Origin: Eledone cirrhosa | Lineage: Eukaryota | Reading direction: 5' to 3' | NCBI GenBank assembly: GCA_964016885.1 | Contig: OZ024743.1 | Span: 303,366,001 to 303,430,000, forward strand | DNA: 64,000 nt | Shown: positions 13,801 to 26,924 of the stretch, one piece after another | How the letters are laid out: each line of letters begins with the position of its first letter | How positions within the stretch are numbered: position 1 is the first letter of the stretch | Notes under the pieces: model-generated | What the model saw: only the letters and a program-made list of their open reading frames with translations | Databases searched by the model: none | What the model was told of the DNA's origin: nothing | Program-made: the position numbers and the translations under genes

Positions 13801-14490
13801 AGGCCAGGGATGTCCAAGGGGGAAATAACATCAAGGAGAAAGAGCAGCCTTCAGGTAAAATCCCTTCATAGTACCTTCTTTGAGAAGCCTGAATTTAGAG
13901 ATCCACAGAGATGGAACTGGTTGAAAAGAGGAGCCCTTAAAAAGGCTACAGAAGGAATGTTAATGGCTGCGCAGGAACACTCCCTCAAAACGAAGTGGTT
14001 GAAACACCTTATTTACAAGGAGGAGGCTAGCCCACTGTGCAGGATCTGTGGAGAGAGAGAGGAGACTGTGGCTCACATTGTATCCGAGTGTAAACACCTA
14101 GCCCAGACTCACTATAAGGGCTGGAGACATGATGTGATGGGCAGGGTGATTCACTTGCACCTATGCAAAGTAAACAATTTACCACATTCTGAGAAGTGGT
14201 ATGAGCATAAGCCAGAGGCGGTGATAGAAAATAACCAGGTGAAGGTGCTGTGGGATTTTAGGATACAGACGGACAAGAAACTGGAACACAATGGACCTGA
14301 CCTGGTAGTTTTGGACAAAGAAAAAAGATCGTGCCTGATTGTGGATGTGGCCTGCCCATTCGACACGAGAGTACATGAGAAGGAGAGGGAGAACATTAAC
14401 CGATACCATGACTTGAAGTGGGGAAAAAAAAGGGTTTCATTTCAACAAACTTTCCAGTTAACTAACATCAATGACTGAGACTCAAAGAAT
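10870..14490 (+). mobile_element. R4/Dong-clade non-LTR retrotransposon (RT + restriction-like endonuclease), degraded
   Basis: A single pseudo-ORF (~11186-14420) with the R4-type N-terminus GYRKRMHNFW, PWWKKRL, KSPGPDG, YRPVTCL, QGDSLSPLLF, HLLFVDDLKLF, YKYLG, CRIC..ETVAHIVSEC and the RLE motif PDLVV...IVDVACP. Followed by (TAA)n. Confidence 0.88.
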
Positions 14491-14496
14491 AATAAC

Positions 14497-14559
<63 letters not shown>
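14488..14559. repeat. (TAA)n tract shared by the Dong-like 3' end and a Tx1 3' fragment
   Basis: Read directly from the sequence. Confidence 0.95.
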
Positions 14560-14560
<1 letters not shown>

Positions 14561-14752
14561 TTTTCTTTATTAACCACAAGGGTTCACATAGAGTAGACAT
14601 TAAGGACAGTACAGGACAATACAGGACGGTACAAATGGGCATTTCTGCGTGTAAAAAAACAAAGGTTGAAATAAAATAACAAAGAAAAATTCCCCAATAG
14701 GGGGGAGACTTCCAAGGGACATTTGTGGAGAAAGCCCATTAAAAGACCACAA
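14560..14752 (-). mobile_element. 5'-truncated Tx1 3' UTR fragment
   Basis: Close match to 3880-4075 (GGACAGTACAGG..., CAAATGGGCATTTCTGCGTGT, CCCCAATAGGGGGGAGACTT). Confidence 0.9.
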
Positions 14753-15587
14753 GGTAAATGATGTCGCTCCTAGCGATGCGGAACTTCTATATATAGTCTC
14801 TAACATTAACTTCCGCAAATCACTCTTGGCTCTTCCAAAACAACGATAGAGACATCTTTTACACACGCAGTGACTAGCAACAGAATGTTTTAGGTCTGGG
14901 TGTCTGACATATATGCGTAGGTAATAAAAAAATTCAAGTCATGTCATTGGTCGTGGTGATCGCTGCCAAACATGTTTTGTAATGTATCATCTTATTGGCT
15001 AATTTCATTGTCTTATTCGCTAATCAACCAACGAGAGTAATTGTTGCTCAAAAGCATCCGCCATTTTGTTTGCACGTTTATTTATCGTTTCGCTTTCGAA
15101 TCGTCCTCCTGTTTTTCGTTGTTTTATCATCAAAATATTTTTTCTCGTTTTGGTAATTTATATTGTTAATTGATATATGATTTTTTAAATTTATATTAAC
15201 TATTTTTTTCAGTTCGTTATAACATGCTTATAATATTGGTTGTATCATATTTACTTGTATATTTGTCCATATTATTGTTTGTTATATGTTAGATTATTTT
15301 ATTATTATTATTATGTTAGACTATTCCTTTGTAATATTTAATTTGTATTAATTCAACTATAACAATTATTATGTAAAATATATTTATTTAATATTGATTG
15401 TTTTTTTTTTGTAGTTGTTTATATTAAAAGTCTGAAAATATGTTTATACATCTTCCAATATTATTTATAAAATCATTTATAAAATAACAATTATATAATC
15501 TAATTACATTACAACGATAATTTATTATTAATATATATATCATGTTTAACTAGAGTTATTACAAGCGTTGCCTTAAAAAAATATTAA

Positions 15588-16035
15588 ACTAGACCTGAAA
15601 AATACGCACGCTCAAAAGAGCCAGAGAATGTTATAATAAACCTTCAAATGTGTGGGACTAGAGTTGTTGCTCCAAAATATTGTAATCATTATCTATCATA
15701 GACTCTGTGGCATCCTTTTATAAAAAAAAGACTCATAACGAAATCAAGACGACACGATAATTATTTAAGTGAATTTATAATATAGAATTCTGTTTAAGTG
15801 CATTTCGTATTAATCATTACTAAACATCTAATATGAGATATTGAACATTAGCTTAAATAATTATCGTGTCGTCTTGAGTTCTTTATAAGTCTCTTTTTTT
15901 TATAAAAGGATGCCACAGAGTGTACGATAGATAATGATTACAATATTGTTTAGTAAGAACTCTAGTCCCACACATTTGAAGGTTTATTATAACATTATGT
16001 GGCTGTTCTGAGCTTGCGCATTTTTCAGGTCTAGT
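15588..16035. mobile_element. MITE-like foldback element with ~180-bp inverted arms
   Basis: 15588-15769 is the reverse complement of 15852-16035 (ACTAGACCTGAAAAA...TTTTTCAGGTCTAGT). Confidence 0.8.
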
Positions 16036-16346
16036 AAAAAATGTACGTCCTCCAAAAATACATCGACCTCTTTGATAAAACCGACAGCAATTACGAAGTT
16101 GATCAACGTACTTACTATCATTTTACACGCAAATCTACAAGGTCTAAATAACAAAAGAAACAGCATTAATACTCCATTGATTAATCATACAAGATTGATT
16201 TATCTTAATTAATATCACAACTGATATTCACTAAGTACGTTTGATCACAACTAAACCGTTTAGTTGACCATTCCGTTTACTACTTGCAGATCCACCATAC
16301 AATACAAAAACCGGAAGTTGCATACAAATAGCTGATACCTGAAATG

Positions 16347-16401
<55 letters not shown>

Positions 16402-16404
<3 letters not shown>

Positions 16405-16587
16405 TTGTTTCTATTTTTTGGCACAAGGCCAGCAATTAACCCAGTGTATTACTGGTACTTTATTTTATCGACCCCGAAAGGATGAAAGGCAAAGTTAACC
16501 TCGGCGGGATTTGAACTCAGAATGGCAAGGACCGTAACTCTATGCGTCAAGGCATGGCGTCCGACCCTCTACTGATACTGCCAATCC
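16402..16587 (-). mobile_element. tRNA-derived SINE copy
   Basis: Reverse complement of the SINE family. Confidence 0.9.
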
Positions 16588-16591
16588 TCTG

Positions 16592-16781
16592 AAGAGGAAT
16601 TCCATCTGTGTCTGATTTACTCGTTTTATTTACAATCCTTTAACATTTATAATGGTATTATAATGAAATAGTATGTTAGAATATTAAAATATTCTATCAT
16701 ACTATTTCATTATAATACCATTATACATTTTAAAGGATTGTAAATAAAACGAGTAAATTAGACAAAGTTGGAATTCCTCTT
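16592..16781. mobile_element. 190-bp near-perfect palindrome (MITE-like)
   Basis: AAGAGGAATTCCA...TGGAATTCCTCTT, with arms complementary almost to the centre near 16686. Confidence 0.8.
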
Positions 16782-16821
16782 ATTAATATAACCTTCTATA
16801 CACAATCATACAACCCGTGTA

Positions 16822-16965
<144 letters not shown>

Positions 16966-17770
16966 TGTATGTATGTATGTATGTATGTATGTATGTATGT
17001 ATGTGTATGCATGTATATAGGAGTGGTGCGTGTGCGTAGAATAGAAAGATTAGCGATTTGATCAAAACACTTTATGGAAAATACCTGTAAAATTGTGTAG
17101 GATAACTCGCGTAAAGTAACCTTGAAGACGGAATAATGTGAACAGAGAAACCTACGCAAATGGAACCGAGCGTCTCCAAATAACCATTAGAACGAAGTAG
17201 AAATTTGAAAATTTGATAATTTTATGGATTAGATGTCACAATACATAAATATGCTTTATAAGGCTCCGTTCAATATATTAAATGTTTCCTCAGAACCACA
17301 TACAGTTTAAATGTATATTTACCTTTCTCGGTTTCCAATGGAAGGCTGCTCTTAAATTTTAAGCTACATGTTTGTATTCATAGAAAACTGGTTTTCAATC
17401 GTTCGTTATAGCCTTTCAATAAGCTGCTGCTTTTAAAGACCCACACAACTCAAAGCACTCCGATACATATAATGTGCATCATTTACTTATAAAACATCCT
17501 ACAGCCCAATAGTAATATCAACCTAGAACAATTGGGACATTTTTACAACAATTCTGACAGGAATACAAACAGGAACATCTAACTTGTGTCTTATGATGAG
17601 CACTAGGTGTATATGCAAAGGAAACGTATCATATGCTCTTTACATTTCTTATGTTAAATTCCCAACCGCAATGATTATTTGAGCCACAATCGTACCACAA
17701 CTTATACATCGATAACAGGAAGGGTTGTGTAACAAATGACTCCTATATATGTATGTATTAAACCTCTAGT

Positions 17771-17957
17771 AATAATTGTTTTACTTTTTGGCACAAGGCC
17801 AGCTAATACCCAGTGCATTACTGGTACTTTATTTCATCGACCCCGTAAGGATGAAAGGCAAATTTAACCTTGGCGGGATTTGAACTCAGAATACCAAGGG
17901 CCGTAACTCTATGCGTCAAAGCATGGCATCAGACCTTCTACCGATAATGCCAATCCA
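17771..17957 (-). mobile_element. tRNA-derived SINE copy
   Basis: Reverse complement of the SINE family; AGTAATAAT flanks both sides. Confidence 0.9.
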
Positions 17958-18744
17958 AGTAATAATAATGTCGTGATATTAATATATTGGGAAAAAAAAT
18001 GTTAACAGCAAATACTGAAGTAATTTCTCCTTTCACAAAAAGCGAAACATGAATCTTCATTAAATGATTTTACACGAATCAGTTTAGATAAAGCAGAATA
18101 GAATTAATGGTCAATAAAGCAAAATCATTAAATTGAAACATTAGAAGCAAGGTTCAACGGACTGTAAATACATATTGTTGATACAGCATTACATTTCTAC
18201 ACAGAGAACTCTTTTCTATACTGTGTGGAGTTAAATAAATAGGTTTCAACTCATAACAATATAGTTTAAAATAATAACATAGAAAATAGAATTAATACAT
18301 ATAATGAGGAAGGCTATTATGTGTAACAAACACCTAAAGATTACCTGATGGAACTCGATTACAATCAAGCGAGTAATAATGAGGAGTGCTCGAAACATAA
18401 ATAATTAGTAGACTTATGGTATGATATCAATAGCATTATCTGATTGTTTGCAGCAATGCATGATTATTAGCACAATATGCAGATCATGGATGCAACTGAA
18501 AACATCAAATTTGTACATGAATGATAAAGTCACACTAACTACTAACTTTAGACATTAAAATCGATATAAAAGAACATTATCGGGTCCGAATTTGTCAACA
18601 TCTACGCAGTGAGCCCTGGAATATCTTTAAAAATATCTGATCTTGGGCAGGTGAAAGACAAGAACCTGAAAACAACTCATTAGTAATAAGAAAAAACAGC
18701 ATTCACAGACACACACACGTATATATATATAATGGTAAACGGAA

Positions 18745-18927
18745 TAGAAAATGCTGACAAATTGTTCACAGTTGAAAAATCGTTTAATTAGGAATAAAAG
18801 AGTATTAGTGATTGTATGGGTTAGTATTCAGTTGTGGTTTTAAGTTTTTAAGTTTTTACCGGTTGCGCATTTCTAAATGCTTTTCAAAAATAATTTTGAG
18901 ATAGAGTGTCCGTGCTGTTTGCTCTGA

Positions 18928-18931
<4 letters not shown>
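18745..18931 (-). mobile_element. Penelope-like 3' terminal fragment
   Basis: Similar to 55480-55655 (ATGCTGACAAATT...TTTTACCGGTTGC...ATGCTTTTCAAAAATAA); flanked by (TA)n. Confidence 0.5.
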
Positions 18932-19007
<76 letters not shown>

Positions 19008-19746
19008 GAGATAACAACTTCTGTAAATAATGAGGCTGAGGGAGCGTATCTTTGTTCAATTGATGTATAGGTTGGATATCCATAGATCTCTCCACTATAT
19101 ATTACGGGGGACATCTTTGTTAAATTAGTGCCAGGCATTTATCCCTAAGGCAGCAGTGGTCGTCTTTTCAGGTAGGTGCTTGTTACTAGTATCATTCTTT
19201 AAAACACTCTTGTGTCATAGTCAAATATTCTTTGCTGCTCTCTGCTTTAGTGTCACTAGATTTCATATTACTGAGGGCAATCTTCTTTTACACAGCATGA
19301 GTATCCTGAATACGTATTTCTTATTTATTTGTATTAAGCAGTTATTTTCGATATAATCTATCACCCGCAGGAATAGGGGGACCGTACACGGGATGGCTCA
19401 TATTATTTTCTACTTCTAGTTTCACTCCTAGGGTTGTTGTGTGGTTATTGGTTGTGTACGTACTCAATCTTTACTGAGAAGCCGCTATATAGAACGCTTT
19501 ATTGTAGTACAGTGCTACTCTAGAAAATATCTCCTTTGTGAATGAAATGTTGGAAATGAATCGACTAGTATTAGAGACAAGATTTTTAAAAGCCGCAGTG
19601 TGGCAGAAACACCTGATGGTACGTTTCAATTTTTTGTTGTTTACCATATGCTTTATATGTAGCTGAGAGCGAGAGAAATTTATCTCAAGGATACTGGCGT
19701 TAGAAAGATTCGTATCGACAGTAATTGCGTGCAAAGGCTTACCAGT

Positions 19747-19931
19747 GGATTGGCAGTATCGGTAGAGGGTCGGAAGCCATGGTTTGAAGCATAGAATTTC
19801 CTCCCTGTATGATCTGAGTTCAAATCCCACCGAGGTTAACTTTGCCTTTCATCCTTACTGTGTCGATAGAATAAAGTGCCAGTAATGCACTGGGTAATTG
19901 CTGGCCTTGTGCGAAAAGTAGAAACAATTAT
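19747..19931 (+). mobile_element. tRNA-derived SINE copy
   Basis: GGATTGGCAGTATCGGTAGAGGG...GAGTTCAAATCCC...GTAGAAACAATTAT. Confidence 0.9.
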
Positions 19932-20240
19932 ATCTTTACGGGAAGTGTCCAGTAAATAATCAATGAAATTGTGTGAAGATTAAAATATATAGATACATAT
20001 ATATTCATTTATGATGGCTAGGTACTGAGACCTGTTACTGGAGTTACGCCTATGCACTCACTGGATCATCAGATAAGTCTTGTCTGCTAATTATGTGAGT
20101 GTATGCGTGGGAGGTAAAAAGACGCACTAACTAACCATAAACGAATACTTAACTACATAAATATATATATATATAGTTATACACACTCACACACACTCAC
20201 ACACCTATTTATCTATCTATCTATCTCTATCTATATATAC

Positions 20241-20330
<90 letters not shown>

Positions 20331-22387
20331 GTGTGTGTATGTGTGTGTATACATTTATATATACATATGTGTATGTTTGCGCCTGTGTACATACATATAT
20401 ATATACATATATAGAGAGAAGGGGGAGAGTCCTTCTAAGAGAGAAGAAGAGAAAAAACGAAAGAGAGAAATAAGTATCGATAATCGAGCTCAGCGAATTA
20501 GTAAAAAACAATTTCAACATAACAACGGGGATACTCACATAATTGACAAGCTTTAAGAGGGAACTAGAAAGCTATTGGCATCAGTTCAAATACTTCATCA
20601 TAAAACTGGTCTTTGATCGATTTAATCTGTGACGCATACGTATACATATAGGGAAAATTGTATGTCGTATAAATAGAAAACATACTGAAACGCATATTGA
20701 ATGAACCTAGTGAAACAGAAGTGAATGGACAGATTGATTAGCATGAGAAAATATTAGATTAAAACAAAATAACAACTTTTCTACTTACAGAAGTAATTCT
20801 TTTTATTCAAAACAGATAGCCCGCCAATAAGTGTAGAAGGGAACTAAATAGAATATAAAATGGAAATTGAAACAGAACTTACAAAGTCTATTCATTGAAC
20901 ATAGAACGAATATATATGTTACTAACAAATGCTTTTATATAGCGTAAAATACACCTTTGTAAAATTAACAATGATTAAAAGGCTTGAGAATAATAGCAGA
21001 AGCAGCAGGCTTGATTATGTCTGAACGTGATCAATAACTATCTTCAAAATACGTATTATACAAAACTTTTAACTTGTATGATTTACATAATAAACATTGG
21101 ATGCCAATAGAAAGAGATTATCGCAATTACGGCAACCAACCCTTTGCCTATATCGATTATACGACAAATATGACACAGTAGAGATTATTGTAATATACTA
21201 ATAGGTTGTTAGTTGTAATAGATAATAAAGAGAATAGAGAAACCGCAAATGTCTCGTGTTGAGGAAATGTTTTCTATCAATATGTTTATACATATGTGTA
21301 TTGCATATTGATGAAAAACGGTTCTAAGGGAAAGAGGACAGAGTTTTCTTGAGAGCAAATATGTTTGGTTTGCCAGTCATTAATAGCGGAATAAAAGAAA
21401 AACAAACGTATTGTTAGGATATACTAAGATACGGATTGATTTATACAGGATGCTCAATATGAGAGGAATAATCAATGAGATAGTTGGTTCGACGAGTAAA
21501 GTACGAGGAAATACAACACGGAAAAAGAATAAGATTCACATTATCGTTTTCGTTCTTCGAGAGTCGCAGACAGTCACAATTCTACTTCACTTCAGTCATT
21601 GAAGCTTTCCTAATAAACCGTCATTGGGAAATTAGCACATAGCATTGGTGGAATTTCAATTGAGAAAGCCAAAGTCCACGAGCAGCTACTGTAAAGTTTG
21701 TCGTGCATTGTTCTAACACTTATTGATATAAGTGTAATTTCATTGAATTCAAAATATTGTAAGGTAAAGTAGAACACATTTCGATAGGAAATCACAGTGC
21801 CGATAATCAGAAAAAAAAAATAGATATTCGACCAAACTGTGTATGACTTCGTTAATTCGTTGACATAGTTTCATATATGATTGCACATTACATCATCTGA
21901 CTTCTGCAATGTGTACGCGATATTACACAATCGTTCATATAACAAACCTGTGAACACGCCCCTCTGCACTTTATTCTGCTCTCATGTCTATACTACGAGC
22001 ACACAAATATCAGAATGTAATTAGGTGATTCACTCTCAACATCTATATATATTTGCTTGCTCCAACTTTACTTCATACTGATTTGTTTCCGATAGAAAAT
22101 ATTAAAAGAAGATGAATATATATGAATTTTAAGAATACAGACTCAATACAATCTTAACGTAATGTGTGGCAAATAGACCAATGAAACATTAAACTAATAA
22201 ATAATTTTAAATAAACGCGAGAGAAATTTGTAAATCACGAAAGGAACATAATTTACTTGACGTCTAGGCCAACTACTACAACTACTAGATGAAAAACTAC
22301 AGTTACTACTACTAATATTAATACTACTACTAATGCTACTAATAGAACTACAACTCTAATACAGCAAATGACAATAATGGTTTATGA

Positions 22388-22752
22388 TTTAGGCACAAGA
22401 CCAGCAATTTGAAGGAAAGCAGAAAGTCGATTAAATCGACGCCAGTGAATTACTGGTACTTTATTTTATCGACCCCATATGGATGAAAAGCAAATTTAAC
22501 TTTGGTGGGATTTGAACTCAGACCGTAAAAAGCAGTGACTCTATTCTGAACAACCATGGTGTCTGACGCTCTACCAATACTGCCAATCTATCACCCTACT
22601 ACTACTAATAATTTTTTCTACTTCCGCCACGAGGCCAGCAATTTGAAATGTAGATGGAAAACGATTGATTCGACACCAGTGCATTACTGGTAGTTTATTT
22701 TGTCGCACTCGTAAGGACGAAAGACAAAGCTAACCCTGGTGGGATTTGAGCT
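22388..22752 (-). mobile_element. Two tandem older SINE copies (longer subfamily with an extra GTCGATT..ATCGAC segment)
   Basis: 22388-22595 and 22608-22752 match the SINE family and carry a ~30-bp segment absent from the other copies. Confidence 0.8.
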
Positions 22753-22879
22753 CACTGCAAACCTACAGATATGGCCGGGTTAATATTTTCTCCAATCAAC
22801 GTGTCATAAAACTTTAAGATGTTACCCACCAGCTCGATATCCGAGATGACGACATTATTATAGACCGGATATATTCAGT

Positions 22880-23480
22880 TAAGTGACGTTTGCTCGCATG
22901 TTTCCTCATGAATGCTATTTCTCTCTCATTTATATTACTAGGAATTATTCGAATCAATGTATTGCAGTTGCTAATATAGTCTTCTCGCAGTACTCTGCAA
23001 TCTCCGACGAGTGTCGTGGTAGGCCGTCATGGAATGATGTAGTGTCTCCCATAACTACCCCCTCCATTTCGCCCCGAAAATGTGAACCATGTTCCTTGGG
23101 AAGTACGTACACATTGGTTTTGAATCGAGAAGTACTCTCACATCCTGGACAGCCAAAGACTGAAATGTCTTCGTTGCCACGCGATGCATCTGCCTTTCAG
23201 ATTCATCGAAGGGTTTTCTTTCCCTCCTGTTTCACCACACGCGCCTTAACTCTGATAATGCAACGTTCGTGTTTCGCGTCAGATAAAATAGCACAACTAA
23301 TCGCCGTTTCTAGTTTAGTTGCCCATTCTCCATCTGCTCTAGTTTAGTTTGTCGCAAGTTATAACTTTACTGCAATCGATTGCTTCTAATCTAATTTTCC
23401 TCTTGACTACCTACCATCTTCTACTTTTGACGACTAGTCAAGGCAATTGTCGCTAACTAACGAGCTAATCCTGTCTGTAT
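22880..23480 (-). pseudogene. Old internal Tx1 ORF2 fragment
   Basis: Minus-strand translations AKHERCIIRVKARV and FHDGLPRHSSEIAEYCEK align by eye with AKHEGCVVRARVR and YRDGLPRLSATEVECCEK of the first Tx1 copy. Confidence 0.7.
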
Positions 23481-23669
23481 ATATTTACGTGCTGAGAACA
23501 TTACTTTAAGCTTCCAGTGACAAGAACCGTATTTACATGTTCTATCTCAGTCTACTATGCGCATTTGTTCGCTTCTGTAGCATTTCCTTTTCTTGTCGAT
23601 GATGTTTTTGTTTTGTGTCAGATATTTGAGGTGATGGCAAATCGCTTTTGTATGGTTCCGTTGTTTCAT

Positions 23670-23717
<48 letters not shown>

Positions 23718-23784
23718 TTGGTGTTGGAGTTGTTTTTGTTGCTGGTGTTGTTGTTGTTGTTGTTTTTGTTATTATTATTGGCAG

Positions 23785-24533
23785 AGGCACGGAAGTGCCG
23801 TCAGCCGAGCCTGTCCGAGATGCGCGCAGAGCTACGAAACCGTTGTGCACGCACTCGTTCAGTGCCGGAGCATTGCTGACTTGTGGATCTATGTCGAACA
23901 GTTGCTGTCGCGTGAGGGACTGATCCGGTTGTCAACTGAGTCTATTGTGCAGATGGTCTCGCCATCTTCCTTCGAGGAGGAAGGGCAGGCGGTTTTCATC
24001 TGCCTGATGGCCATGGCGAATGAGATTGTGTGGTGGACAAGGTTAAAAGGGTTAAAGACAGACACTTTCCTCTTCGGCGAATCCCTAATTAACTTGTTCA
24101 AGTTTCACTTGAAGAGGAAAATCATGGTGGAGACGAAAGTGCTGCTTTCTAGCAAGTTTGTTGAAAAGTGGGTGAATGTAGCGAGAATGGTCCGAGTGAA
24201 CGGGACCACTCTGAATATACGTCTGTAGTTTGAGAGATGGAAAAATTGAGAGAGGGCGCTTGCCCTGGTGGTGAGGTTGGCCGTGGTCTTTTGTGTGGTT
24301 TTCGCCACGAGTAACCCTCGGAGGTTTCCCCCCTGTGGGTGAACTTTTCATTGGTTCACTTTTAATTTTTATTGTTTATATATATATATGTTTCTATGTC
24401 CTTTTTTTGTCTTTTCTTATATAAATAATAAAAATATTTACACGCACAAAACCCACATCGTACCGTCCTGTCCCGTCCTGTGCCGTCTCTAATGTTTTTC
24501 TTGATGTCAGCCCTTGTGGCCAATAAAGAAATC
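23785..24533 (+). mobile_element. 5'-truncated Tx1 copy with 14-bp target-site duplication
   Basis: ORF2 C-terminus (HALVQC...WWTRLKGLKT...) and a 3' UTR with AATAAA. ATTATTATTGGCAG occurs at 23771-23784 and 24534-24547. Confidence 0.9.
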
Positions 24534-24539
24534 ATTATT

Positions 24540-24730
24540 ATTGGCAGTATCGGTAGAAGTTCGGACGCCATGCTTTGAATCAAAGTGTTACGGCCCTTTA
24601 TGGACTGAGTTCAAAATCCTGCCGAGCTTAACTTTTCTTTTCATCCTTACGGGGTCGATAAAATAAAGTACCAGTAATATACTGGATTAATTGCTGGTCT
24701 TTTGCCAACAGTAGACATAATAATAATAAT
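24540..24730 (+). mobile_element. tRNA-derived SINE copy between two Tx1 insertions
   Basis: ATTGGCAGTATCGGTAG...GAGTTCAAAATCC...GTAGACATAATAATAAT. Confidence 0.88.
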
Positions 24731-24960
24731 AAATATTATTATTGAGTGTAAACGGACGTCTTTTTGCTCGCTTCCGTAAGTTTATTTATTTACCTGTCAA
24801 CACTTATTTATTTAATTTGTTGTTGTTCTGTAAGGCATACAAGCCCTTGGACTTTGCCCTATAAAAGGGAAAGAATAATATTTGGGGCTTTTAGCCCAAA
24901 TATTTGAGCTCTTTTACATGTTTTTACAAATTATCGAAAAAAAAACCAAACAAAAAAAAC

Positions 24961-26900
24961 ATGGCTGAGCCACGCCCCCAGCGATATGTCTGCTGTCTTG
25001 CGACAACGACGTAAAAGTTGAGAGGAGCGCTACGGCAAAATTAACAGAAAGTGATACAACAAACACCACCACAAACAACGTGAACAAAGACAGCAATGAT
25101 AACAACACTGAGAATTCTAATTTTGAAAAAAATGACAGTAACAGCGACAACGAAAATACAGATAACAAAAAAAAATGACAACAAATGCCATAACAATGTC
25201 AACACCACTAACATGAAAACAAATAGCGACAACACCAACAGCAACAATACCAACTGCACCGAGAACAACGGTGGCAACAAAGACAACAATGATAACAGCG
25301 ACAGTGATAACACCAACACCACCAACAATAACAACAACACCCCCAACGACAACAAGAAGAACACAAAAAAGAGGCCATTCTTCAACATTGACCTCTCAAA
25401 CAAAGATGAAAAGTTGGCCCAGGCATGGAAGCTCATCAAGCAAGAGCAAGCCTGGGCCAACTTAACTGTCCTGGTAGAAGCTATTGAGGCAGTGGAGCGC
25501 AGAACGGTAGATTATAGATGCATCTCAGCACAAACCAAAACGGCAGCTTTAATCCCACAAGCAGATGTCGAAGTCGCGCTGAGGTGCATCAGAGAATACA
25601 CCGAATACATAGCGAGGGGCAGACAGTACAGCACCATTTCGGTGTTGCTCAAGTCAGAAGCCCTCGCTATGAAACACGCTATGACTCCTTACAAAACCAG
25701 CAAGGTCATAATGTACCCCTCCCACATGGGAAAAGAACGGCCCTTCCCCGCATTCCCAGAATCCCAACAGGACTTGACCTGTGGTGGCTTCTGGGATGTG
25801 TGATTGTGGAGGGGACCGATACCGTCCCGATAGAAGTGACCAGATCGACCAGAGAGGACTGGTCTGGGGTTGACCTGGAGATCCTTCTCCAGATCAGGCC
25901 CAAGAATGAGAAGACAATCCAGGACCACATCCGCCTTCAGAATGGGACGGTCATTCATATTATGACCGAGGACAAAAGGCCGCATTGTTTTGTTTGTGGG
26001 GAAAAAACCCATTTGCGAGCCTTCTGCCCTCAACTGCTGAAAAATGCAAGGGGTCGATAGGCTCCACTGCTGATGGCGCCAACCTCAACCAACACCAGCA
26101 CCGGCAAAACCACCAACAAAAACACCAATAGAAAGACCACCACCAACATTGACCACCCAGGAGGGAAACCAGGAGACTTGTCAAATTCCCGCTCCCCACA
26201 AAAATACACACAGCAATAAAAACATAAACACACACACAGACACACTTACAGACACATACCCCTCAACTACCAGTAGTCAAGATGAGGGAAAACCCAAATC
26301 CCCCAAAATACAAAAAAGGAAACACAAAAAGAAAACAAAAACTCAGCAAAGCCCAAAATCAACCACAATAAAAAATGCAGACACCACCCACACAAACATT
26401 TCTCCAATAACACCAACATCAACACCACTAGAATCGGCCTAACGCAAACAACCTAAACAGACACAAGAACAGATACGCACACAAACATCTGAAACCACAG
26501 ACACCGCACTCACAACACACACAGACACAACCGAAACAACACGACCAAAATCATCTCCACCATAGCCATGCAAACAAATAAAATCAAACCTACAAAACAT
26601 ACAAAACTTCGGCTCGTCAGGAGGGCCAACAAGGAACTGATGGCCCTCGTAGCACGAAGTGAAAATATACAAAAAGAAGGGGGAAATTTTTAAATCGAGC
26701 ACATTTCGCGTGCCGGAAGATTTGTTTCTGTTGCGAATGTCGCTCGATTTATACAAGAGATACGAGACAGCTTTCCTCGGGACGTGGGAACCCCAAACGT
26801 AAAACCCACTTCAAGACTTTTAAAGAGGTTCCCAAAAGCAACCCCACCAACTATGGAGGTCGAACCACCCAACCTTTACAAGAGACCGGAAGTTAAGTAA
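24961..26900 (+). pseudogene. Tx1 ORF1, frameshifted
   Basis: ATG at 24961, N/T-rich N-terminus, zinc knuckle CFVCGEKTHLRAFC, ends EVK*. Confidence 0.8.
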
Positions 26901-26924
26901 ACCTTTCCTCTCTCTCTTTTTAAC

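Noticed and set aside
14940-15075. Promoter-like cluster (ATTGG boxes and a CGCCATTTT YY1-like site)
   Set aside because: Short motifs with no associated gene or transcript evidence; possibly a transposon remnant.
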